From Anaerolineae bacterium (GTDB lineage Bacteria; Chloroflexota; Anaerolineae; S140-20), in NCBI GenBank assembly GCA_027021705.1, contig JALUTT010000002.1:1-64000 (forward strand): 64,000 bases of DNA, in the 5' to 3' direction. The notes under the pieces are model-generated. The model had not been told where the DNA came from and made no database searches. It saw nothing but the letters and a program-made list of their open reading frames with translations. A program made the position numbers and the translations under genes. Below, piece by piece: positions 28,833 to 36,563 of the stretch (within the stretch, counting starts at the first letter, position 1; each line of letters begins with the position of its first letter).

Positions 28833-29573
28833 TCACTTCGCGCTCTCACCAACGGAGCGGAGCACGAGCAAGGTCTTGGAAAGTCCTCGCCGGACGGCAG
28901 GGTCGTTCAACTGCCGCAAGATGTGCAGCAGCGAGGTATCGGTCGGTTCCTCGGCCCTGGCCGTGACGGCCACCTGACCCATCATCTGCATGATCTCGGG
29001 CTGGGTCATCTCCTTGATGGTCCGCAGGATGAGGACGATGTTGTCGGCCAGTTGGCGCACATCCTCCTCGGTGAAGGAGGTCACGATCCGATCCACCATC
29101 TCCAGACCGCCCTGCAGGAAGACGAAGTACCCCTTCTGCTCCATCTCCTCCAGGCGGCGCATCAGGGTGAGGAAGACCTCCCGCGTGAGCGGGCTGAGGT
29201 CCTGCCACAGGTCCATCAGGCTCTCCAGTTGGTCCAGCATCTGCTCCAGGTTGCGGGTGTTGCGCAACAACCGCTTGAGGAGGTGGAAGATGTCCTCGAT
29301 CTGGACGTAGCCTTCGATCTCCTCCAGTTGCTGGACCGAGAGCCGGAAGATGTCGTTGAAGATGGGCGTCAGGTCGTCCTTGAGCTCATCCCACTCCTGG
29401 CGACGACGGCGCTGCTGGCGGGCTTCCTCGGTCAGAAAGGCGACCTGGGTGGTCAGGGCATCCAGCTTCTGGTGGATCTCCGCCAGGGCTTGAGCCGGGG
29501 GAAGGTCCGCCGCCACGGCCAGAGGGGCTTCTTGGGCTTGCCTGGGGTCTTGTGCCATCTGCCTTGCCTCCAT
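28833..29573 (-). CDS. DUF1641 domain helical protein
   Basis: C-terminal SLLHILRQLNDPAVRRGL. Typical SQR neighbour. Confidence 0.8.
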   Translation of the reverse strand: MEARQMAQDPRQAQEAPLAVAADLPPAQALAEIHQKLDALTTQVAFLTEEARQQRRRRQEWDELKDDLTPIFNDIFRLSVQQLEEIEGYVQIEDIFHLLKRLLRNTRNLEQMLDQLESLMDLWQDLSPLTREVFLTLMRRLEEMEQKGYFVFLQGGLEMVDRIVTSFTEEDVRQLADNIVLILRTIKEMTQPEIMQMMGQVAVTARAEEPTDTSLLHILRQLNDPAVRRGLSKTLLVLRSVGESAK

Positions 29574-29584
29574 CGAAGCGCCTC

Positions 29585-30817
29585 CTACATCCACTTGCCG
29601 GCCATCGTCATCTGCGCCGGGATGGGCATTTCCTTCCCCTTGAGCAGGATGTTCCAGTAGATCCAGCGGAAGAGCATCTTGCCCCAGTGGTTGACCTCCG
29701 ACTCCTGGAGCAGGGAGAAGGGGCCGATGCCCGGCAGGGGATACTTCCCCGGCAGGGGCTCCACGTCGTAGTTGAAGTCAATGAGGATGCCCTTGCCAAA
29801 GCCCGATTCGATGTAGCAGTTGGCGTGGCCGTCGAAAGCGTGGATCATCTCCAGGCCGTCAATGTAGCGCAGGAAGTTCTCGACGAAGACCTCCACGGCG
29901 AAGTGGGCCACCGAACCGGCCTTCGACGTGGGGAGGTTGGCCGCGTCGCCCAGGGCGAAGATGTTGTCGAACTGGGTGGAGAGGAAGGTGTGCTTGTCCA
30001 CCGGCACGTGGTTCAGTTCGTCCCCCAGCCCTGAGCGCTCGATGACGTCCGCGCCCATATTCACCGGCACGGCGACCAGCAGGTCGTAGGGGATCTCCTG
30101 CTCGTCATAAGAGATGAGCAGCTTCTTGTCCGGGTCCACCCGCTCGACGAAGAACTCGGGCACCACGGAGATGTTCTTCTCCTCCAGGATGTTGCCCAGC
30201 AGCTTCGAGGCCCGGGGCTTGGTGAAGGCACCGGGCAAGGGGGTCACCAGGGTCAGTTCCACCCGATCCCGCATGCCCTGGGTGTAGAAGTACCAGTCGG
30301 CCAGCATGATGAACTCCAGGGGGGCGACAGGGCACTTGAAGGGCGTTTCCATGATCGTGACCACCATACGGCCCCCGGACCAAGTGCGCAGGTGACGGGC
30401 CAGAGCCAAGGCTCCCTCGTAGGTGTAGAAGTCGTGGATGGACTTGCGCCATTCGTGTTCGGCCAGGCCGGGCGTCTCCTCGGGCCGAGGATGGGTGCCA
30501 GTGGCGATGATGAGGAAGTCGTAGTTCAGGTAGCGGTTGTCCTTGGCGATGCGCACCCGGTTGTGCTCCGGCTCGATCATCTCGATCTTGGAGACGATCA
30601 TCTCGACGCCCGGTGGGATGAAGTCCCGCTTGGGCTTGATCACGTCGTTCCGACCGTAGATGCCAAAGGGGATGAAGAGGAAGCCGGGCTGATAGTAATG
30701 GGTCTCCTCCTGGTCCACGATGGTGATCTTCCACTCATCGGGGTCCAAGTGGTGGACCAGTTTGTTGACGACCATCGTTCCGGCCGTCCCGGCTCCAAGG
30801 ACCAGTAATCGTTTCAT
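29585..30817 (-). CDS. sqr: Sulfide:quinone oxidoreductase (type III-like)
   Basis: GAGTAG, YQPG, KCPVAPLE, GDA, SKAGS, FDGHANCYIE. Confidence 0.82.
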   Translation of the reverse strand: MKRLLVLGAGTAGTMVVNKLVHHLDPDEWKITIVDQEETHYYQPGFLFIPFGIYGRNDVIKPKRDFIPPGVEMIVSKIEMIEPEHNRVRIAKDNRYLNYDFLIIATGTHPRPEETPGLAEHEWRKSIHDFYTYEGALALARHLRTWSGGRMVVTIMETPFKCPVAPLEFIMLADWYFYTQGMRDRVELTLVTPLPGAFTKPRASKLLGNILEEKNISVVPEFFVERVDPDKKLLISYDEQEIPYDLLVAVPVNMGADVIERSGLGDELNHVPVDKHTFLSTQFDNIFALGDAANLPTSKAGSVAHFAVEVFVENFLRYIDGLEMIHAFDGHANCYIESGFGKGILIDFNYDVEPLPGKYPLPGIGPFSLLQESEVNHWGKMLFRWIYWNILLKGKEMPIPAQMTMAGKWM

Positions 30818-30833
30818 CGTGTTCTCACTCCTC

Positions 30834-31598
30834 CTACAGGTTGGTTAGTTGGGCAATCGTCTTCAGTTTTCCCACCAGGACGCTGCGCTCGGTGGCGATG
30901 TGGGAGATGATGTCGGCGATCCGCTGCAGCAGGGAGAGCACCCACGCGCGCCGGTCCTGCTCCAGATGGTAGACCTCCTCCAGGTGGGGGATCAGGACCT
31001 CCGGCGAGACCTCAAAGGTGGCGGCGATGGCCTCGATCTCCTCCTGAGACGGGGGCCAGCGGTCGGGGGCGATGCCGCCCACGATGACCATCCCTTTCAG
31101 TTCAGAGCCGACGCGTACGAAGGCGCGGGCGCAGAGGAGTCCCAGGTGGCTCCGGGTGAACTTGGGCTCCAGTTCGACCGTAGCAGCCAGGCCCTGCCAT
31201 CCCTCGATGCACTTCTGGAGGGCGTTGGTGTGTTGGTTGATGGCGGAGAAGAGGCCGCACGGATTGCTCAACCGGGTGATGGGGCGGACCTGCATGTCGG
31301 TGATGATCAGCATCAGGCCCAGCGCCTCGGCGAAGGTGTCTTGGATCAGTTGGACGCATTCTAGGGGCAGCAGGGAAGCCAGGTCATCGTCGGCAGGGGG
31401 GGAGGGGGTGAGTTGCAACGAGGGTGTTGAGCCGTTCACCTGGGCCTGAAGCCATTCCTTCACCCGGTCGGCCGGGAAACGCCACAGCCGGCCCACCTTG
31501 ATGGCCGGAATCTGACCGGCCTCGGCCATCCGGTAGATGGTCGAGCGGTCCACCTGGAGCAACTCCTGCATATCCTTCGCGGTCAGCATTTCCGCCAT
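30834..31598 (-). CDS. HTH_17 (excisionase-like) + PocR sensor domain regulator, paralog B
   Basis: MLTAKD...VDRSTIYRMAEAGQIPAIKVGRLWRF, then IQDTFAEALG...ITD..PIT..SNPC. Confidence 0.82.
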   Translation of the reverse strand: MAEMLTAKDMQELLQVDRSTIYRMAEAGQIPAIKVGRLWRFPADRVKEWLQAQVNGSTPSLQLTPSPPADDDLASLLPLECVQLIQDTFAEALGLMLIITDMQVRPITRLSNPCGLFSAINQHTNALQKCIEGWQGLAATVELEPKFTRSHLGLLCARAFVRVGSELKGMVIVGGIAPDRWPPSQEEIEAIAATFEVSPEVLIPHLEEVYHLEQDRRAWVLSLLQRIADIISHIATERSVLVGKLKTIAQLTNL

Positions 31599-31694
31599 AC
31601 TGTCCCTCCCCCAGTTATTGTGATAACCGGAACTTTCGCGCTTATTGTACCCTGCCTTTTTCTGCACGATAAGTGATATATTGCAGGATTCAAA

Positions 31695-31763
31695 CGTGAT
31701 AAGTGTCACAATATGCAGAAAAGGAAACAAGATGCAGAATATGCAAAGTGTGCAGGGCTAGCA
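31695..31763. promoter_or_regulatory. CRP/FNR-like palindrome plus 9-bp-phased GCA direct repeats
   Basis: CGTGA-N6-TCACA at 31695-31710. TGCA/AGCA at 31733, 31742, 31751 and 31760. Confidence 0.55.
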
Positions 31764-31869
31764 TAGATCTGAAGCGTTGGCCGGCGTGGATAACCCTGAG
31801 TCAAGACTCCCGAAGTCTGCCAGACCTCAGGAGTCTCCCAACACTTATTCGCGCTAACGGGCCTTGTGG

Positions 31870-32355
31870 TCAGCCGAGGGAAGGGGTCAAGCGGGCGTCG
31901 GGGGGAACCGTCTGGGTGCGGTCTATGACCACCTGGCGGTCAGCATTTTGCCGCAGCGCCAGGTGGGGCAGGGGGTGGGCGGCAGGACCGGCCTCCACGG
32001 TCCCGTCGGGAGCGAAGCGGCTGCCGTGGCAGGGGCAGCGGAACCCCTCCGGCGTCTGGTCCACCAGGCAGCCCAGATGGGTGCAGACGGCGGAGATGGC
32101 GAAGTAGCCGTGCTCGTCCCGGGCCAGGTAGGCCCGGGCCGGCGCGATGTAGAGGAGGCCGCCGGGGGCGAGGGAGGAAGCGTCCGGAACCGGGACGGGC
32201 GGCGGCGCTGGCGTGGTGATGGGCGGGGTGAGGAAACGCCAGAGGGCTCGCACCGAGCCCAGGAGGGCGAGGACCAGGCTGCCACCCAGCAGCCGGCCCA
32301 GGAAGGTCCGGCGGCTCATCCCCTCTCTCGTTCGGGAGGCGTCGTGCTCGTTCAT
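31870..32355 (-). CDS. Rieske [2Fe-2S] protein with Tat signal
   Basis: SRRTFLG, CTHLGC, CPCHGS. Confidence 0.93.
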   Translation of the reverse strand: MNEHDASRTREGMSRRTFLGRLLGGSLVLALLGSVRALWRFLTPPITTPAPPPVPVPDASSLAPGGLLYIAPARAYLARDEHGYFAISAVCTHLGCLVDQTPEGFRCPCHGSRFAPDGTVEAGPAAHPLPHLALRQNADRQVVIDRTQTVPPDARLTPSLG

Positions 32356-32370
32356 TGGACTTGCGTTCCG

Positions 32371-33828
32371 TTACGGTGGTGACAGGAACGGCTTCAGCGC
32401 GTCGTCGCGCGGATAGGCGTGACAGGCGTGGCAGTAACGCGATTCCTGCTCGTCGGGTTTCTGTTGGCAGGCGCTCCCGTAGACCAGCGGCACCTCCACC
32501 TCTTCTCCCGACACCTTGAGGGTCTCCACGAAGCGGCCCGGTGCCACCTCTCGGACGGCCCACATCTTCTCTCCCCTAGGGGTGACGACCACCCGGTCGC
32601 CCACCCGGAGCTTCCCGTGGCCGTTGAGTTGGGCCTGGCGCATCGCCGGCTCGTCCTCGGCCGTGATGGGGGCCGTCTGAGGGAGCTCCCACAGCGTGCC
32701 GTGGCAGGTGCGGCACCGGACCACCTGGCTGTCGGTGACGGCATCGGCGATGTGGCCGTTCCCCATCACCTCGTCGCTGGTATGACAGTCTATGCAGTCC
32801 AGCTCCCACTCGCAGAGGGTGAACTGGCCGATGGGCTGGTAGTACTCGGCCAGGCGGCGCTGCTGGCGGGGCAGGAAGTCGGAGAGGGAGGGGCCGGCCG
32901 GCGGCAGGTCCGGGCGTGGCGTGAAGGCCATCGTGCGCAGGGAGTAGTTGCCCCGGTTGTGGCAGTGGTTGCACTGGGAGAAGGGGATGGCGGTGGTCAG
33001 GCGGTGCAGCCGGCCGTGGCCGGGCTCGTCCCGAGGGATGGTGGGGTCCTGGCCCCGGTAGAGGCCGTCGTCGGCGTAGAGGTAGTGGCAGGCGGCACAA
33101 CCGGTGCTGCGGTAGCGGTAAGGCTGGGGCGTCGCCGGCTCCGACAGGTGGCAGCCGCCCTCCAGGCAGGATCGACGGAAGCGGGTGTCTATGGGATGTC
33201 CGGAAGCGGTGACGCCCTGGGCGGCGAGGGCCGGCATCAGCTCGTCGGGGGCGGAGACGGGCAGGGGCTTCAGCGCGGCGACGAAGCCGGGCGGTGGGTT
33301 CGGGTCCTGGGCAGCCATCACCCCGTAGCGCCCCTCCTGGTCGGGCTGAGCGCCGAAGGCGTGGCGCACCAGGGCGATGCCGCCGGCGTAGGTGGCCATC
33401 AGGCTGCGGCCAACCCGCTCCACCCCATCGCGGCCTGCTTGGCCCGTGTGGCTGTGGCAGTTGCAGGCCCGGGCCATCGTCGCGAAGCCCGAGGGGTTGC
33501 GTCCGCCCACCAGCCCGGCGTGGGCCCGCTCCCGGTCCAGGGCCAGCCCGTTGCCACCGTGGCAGCTCACGCAGCCGAAGGTCTCCAGGGGATGGCTGGG
33601 GCTGATCTCCTCGATGCCCACGTGGCAGGTCGTGCACAGCTCCGGCTGGCCTGTCCGCGAGGGGGTGATGGACCGGATGCCCAGAGGGATGGGATCGTCG
33701 GGATGGGCGGCGTTGTAGCGGCGTTGCCATTGCTGCCACTCGGCCTGCCCGGTCCGCCACCAGGCGAAGGCCATCGCCAGGAGCAGAAAGAGGGCAGCTC
33801 CCACCGTCCACCGGACCGGATGCTTCAC
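32371..33828 (-). CDS. Membrane-anchored multiheme cytochrome c
   Basis: Seven CxxCH motifs plus CNCH and CLEGGCH. N-terminal TM helix. Confidence 0.88.
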   Translation of the reverse strand: MKHPVRWTVGAALFLLLAMAFAWWRTGQAEWQQWQRRYNAAHPDDPIPLGIRSITPSRTGQPELCTTCHVGIEEISPSHPLETFGCVSCHGGNGLALDRERAHAGLVGGRNPSGFATMARACNCHSHTGQAGRDGVERVGRSLMATYAGGIALVRHAFGAQPDQEGRYGVMAAQDPNPPPGFVAALKPLPVSAPDELMPALAAQGVTASGHPIDTRFRRSCLEGGCHLSEPATPQPYRYRSTGCAACHYLYADDGLYRGQDPTIPRDEPGHGRLHRLTTAIPFSQCNHCHNRGNYSLRTMAFTPRPDLPPAGPSLSDFLPRQQRRLAEYYQPIGQFTLCEWELDCIDCHTSDEVMGNGHIADAVTDSQVVRCRTCHGTLWELPQTAPITAEDEPAMRQAQLNGHGKLRVGDRVVVTPRGEKMWAVREVAPGRFVETLKVSGEEVEVPLVYGSACQQKPDEQESRYCHACHAYPRDDALKPFLSPP

Positions 33829-34898
33829 GGTATCACCTCCCCCACGGTCAAGACGATGAGGAGCAGGGCGATGAAGGCGAAGAGGGCCTGCACAGGGCCT
33901 CGTCGTCGGTCGAACCAGCGGCCGGCCCGGGCGTGGGGGTCCAGCCAGGGGATGGCGGCCAGGAGGGTGAGCAAGGCCAGCGGGATGCCCACCCCGGCCC
34001 AGAAGGGGGGGAGGTGGCGCAGCAGGCGCTGTACCCAGAGGAAGATCCAGGGAGCCTGGGCCGTGGGGGGAGGGCGGTCCAGGGAGGCAGAGGCACCTAG
34101 AGGGGCCGGGCGGAGGGCTGAGAGCAAGAGGAGCCCACCGGTGATCAGGAGGGCGGCGATGGTCTCCCGCTGGAAGAGGACTTCCTTGGAGACCATCCGG
34201 CGGGGCCGGCCCGCCGGGCGCGGAGGGCGGGAGATGCCGCCGTCCACCCGCAGCCGGAAGAGGTGGTAGACGATGCCGAAGACGACCGGGAGGGTCAAGC
34301 CGATGACGTGCCAGCCGTAGAAGCGGAGCAGGGCCGCCTCCCCGATCTGCCGGTCGCCCACCAGCACCAGGTAGAGGGACCGGCCCAGATGGGGGATCCG
34401 ACCGACCAGGTTGGTGCCCACCAGCAGGGCCCAGTGGGCGCCCTCATCCCAGCGCAACACGTAACCGCTGAAGTCCCAGAGCAGGACGAGGACCAGCAGG
34501 CCGAGCCCGATCAGCCAGTTGAGGCGGCGGGGGCGGGCGTAGGCCCCGGTGAAGACGATGCGGGCCATGTGGAGCGTGACGGCCAGGACGAAGAGCTGGG
34601 CGGCCCAGTAGTGGAGCGCCCGGATCAGGCTGCCAAAGGCCACCACGTCTTCGATCAGGACGATGGAGGCGTGGGCCTCCTCCGGCGTGGGCTGGTAGTA
34701 GAGGGTGAGGAAGAGCCCGGTCAGGATGGTGAGGGTGGCGGCCAGGATGCTGATGCCGCCCAGACCGAAGGTGTAGGTGAGGCGGATGCTCTCGGCCGGG
34801 AGGCGGTCCGGGTGCAGGGCGTAGAGGATAGATTGGTGTCTCTGCCAGAGACGGCGGCGCCGTCGGGTAGAAGTGAGGACGCGCATCATCCTCGTCAT
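33825..34898 (-). CDS. Cytochrome b of a Rieske/cytochrome b complex (b6-like N-part and subunit IV-like C-part in one chain)
   Basis: TFGLGG, HYW...LHMAR, SGYVLRWD, RFYGWH...YH, APWIF. Confidence 0.88.
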   Translation of the reverse strand: MTRMMRVLTSTRRRRRLWQRHQSILYALHPDRLPAESIRLTYTFGLGGISILAATLTILTGLFLTLYYQPTPEEAHASIVLIEDVVAFGSLIRALHYWAAQLFVLAVTLHMARIVFTGAYARPRRLNWLIGLGLLVLVLLWDFSGYVLRWDEGAHWALLVGTNLVGRIPHLGRSLYLVLVGDRQIGEAALLRFYGWHVIGLTLPVVFGIVYHLFRLRVDGGISRPPRPAGRPRRMVSKEVLFQRETIAALLITGGLLLLSALRPAPLGASASLDRPPPTAQAPWIFLWVQRLLRHLPPFWAGVGIPLALLTLLAAIPWLDPHARAGRWFDRRRGPVQALFAFIALLLIVLTVGEVIP

Positions 34899-34933
34899 CG
34901 GATCCCCTCCACAGGCTACCCGAGCCCCTGGGG

Positions 34934-35971
34934 TCAGCGGGCGAAGACGGGTAGGAAGTGGGAGAGCTGCCCGGCGTAGACGAAGACGTAGCGCAGCAGG
35001 AAGCCGCCGATCAGCACCAAGAGGCTGCTGGCCAGGCTCAACTGCCGGCGGTACTTGATGGCCCCCTCCTTCAGGATGATGGGGAAGAGCTCGTACCCCT
35101 CGACGGCCAGGGGGAGCAGCAGGCCCAGCCCGATCACGCCGATCCAGAAGGGGGCGGTGAAAGGCCCTCCCAGGATCAGCTTGAGCGAGGCGGCCGAGCT
35201 CCAGGTGTTCAGCGTCTGGTGCAGGAAGAAGGGGATGATGATGAAGATCTCCAGCACGATCAGCACGGCGTCCACCGAGACCAGCAGGTGCCGTTCGTGC
35301 TCCAGGGCTGCCGGGTCCAGCAGGTCTCCCACCAGGGTGGCGACCAGCAGGAGGAAGGCCACGCCGGTGGACATAGCCGAGAAGAGGAAGAGCTGGGCGA
35401 CCATCGGGGTGTTCCAGAAGGGGCGGGCCGGGATAGCTCCCAGGAGGACGCCGGTGTACATCCCTACGCCCAGGGAGATGGGAAAGCCGACGGCGGCCAG
35501 CACCCCTCGCCCGATGCGCACCGTCCGGGAGGGGATCGGCTGCCAGCGGGCAGGGGCGAGGAGGTCGCCGACGCGCTGGGGAACCCGGATCAGGTTGCGC
35601 AGGGGCCGGGGCAGCCAGAGGACCAGGTAGAGGAGCGAGACGATGACGAAGAGGGTCAGCAGCCAGCTCCCGATGGACATGGGCGAGGTAAACTGGATGG
35701 TGGTGAAGAGCAGCCAGAAGTGCAGAGGGCGTCCCAGGTCGAAGACGAGCATGGCGAGGCCCAACATCAGGGGCCAGGGGGCCAGCAGGGCTCCCAGCCT
35801 GGCGATGCGGCGGTAGCGCCCGCCGCCCAGGTAGGTGGCCAGGCCGGACATGGCGAAGATCCCGGCGCTGATGCCGGCGGTGTAGAGGTAGATGACCACC
35901 AGCAGGCCCCATTCGATCGTCGTCGGTGATCCGCTGTAGCCTTGGAGAAAAGGGTCGTAGGTTGTGGGCAT
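34934..35971 (-). CDS. psrC: NrfD/PsrC membrane anchor subunit
   Basis: WGLLVVIYLY, DLGRP, SPMSIGSW, YTGVLL, RPFWN. Confidence 0.85.
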   Translation of the reverse strand: MPTTYDPFLQGYSGSPTTIEWGLLVVIYLYTAGISAGIFAMSGLATYLGGGRYRRIARLGALLAPWPLMLGLAMLVFDLGRPLHFWLLFTTIQFTSPMSIGSWLLTLFVIVSLLYLVLWLPRPLRNLIRVPQRVGDLLAPARWQPIPSRTVRIGRGVLAAVGFPISLGVGMYTGVLLGAIPARPFWNTPMVAQLFLFSAMSTGVAFLLLVATLVGDLLDPAALEHERHLLVSVDAVLIVLEIFIIIPFFLHQTLNTWSSAASLKLILGGPFTAPFWIGVIGLGLLLPLAVEGYELFPIILKEGAIKYRRQLSLASSLLVLIGGFLLRYVFVYAGQLSHFLPVFAR

Positions 35972-35986
35972 CGTGCACCTGCCTCT

Positions 35987-36550
35987 CTAGTCCACGAGGT
36001 AGAAGATGGCCGGCCCGGTTCCCGCTTCGGGGTAGAGGGTGTAGTGTTGGTGGGTGGCGAGCAGCTTGGAGACCTCGCTCTCGGGGTCGTTGAGGTCGCC
36101 GAAGTGGCGAGCTCCTCCCACGCAGGTCTCCACGCAGGCCGGAGGCTGCCCGGCGTCCAGACGGTGCACGCAGAAGGTGCACTTGTCCACCACGCCCCGC
36201 TCTTCGTCGAAGTAGCGGGCGTCGTAGGGGCAGGCCTGGATGCAGTAGCGGCAGCCGATGCACCGGTCGTAGTCAATGAGCACCAGCCCGTCCTCCCGGC
36301 GGTAGGTCGCGCCGGTGGGGCAGACCCGCTCGCAGGGCGGGTTGGTGCAGTGGTGGCAGTTCTCCGGCGCGAAGAAGAGGCTGACGTCGGGATAGCTCCC
36401 TTTGGTCTGGTGGGCGATCCAGTTGCGGTGATGTCCGATGGGCACGTTGTTCTCGACCGAGCAGGCGACCATACAGGCTTCACAGTCTATGCACCGCTTG
36501 GGCTCCATCACGAAGACCCAGCGGGGCGTCTTCTTCGTCGTATCCGCCAT
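35987..36550 (-). CDS. psrB: 4x[4Fe-4S] electron transfer subunit (PsrB/NrfC)
   Basis: CIDCEAC, CHHCTNPPC..CP, CIGCRYC..ACP, KCTFC. Confidence 0.88.
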   Translation of the reverse strand: MADTTKKTPRWVFVMEPKRCIDCEACMVACSVENNVPIGHHRNWIAHQTKGSYPDVSLFFAPENCHHCTNPPCERVCPTGATYRREDGLVLIDYDRCIGCRYCIQACPYDARYFDEERGVVDKCTFCVHRLDAGQPPACVETCVGGARHFGDLNDPESEVSKLLATHQHYTLYPEAGTGPAIFYLVD

Positions 36551-36563
36551 CGTCGTTCACTCC

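Noticed and set aside
33825..36263. 812-aa cytochrome b fusion from the ORF track
   Set aside because: The N-terminal ~455 aa are an off-frame shadow of psrB/psrC. Real homology starts near 34898.
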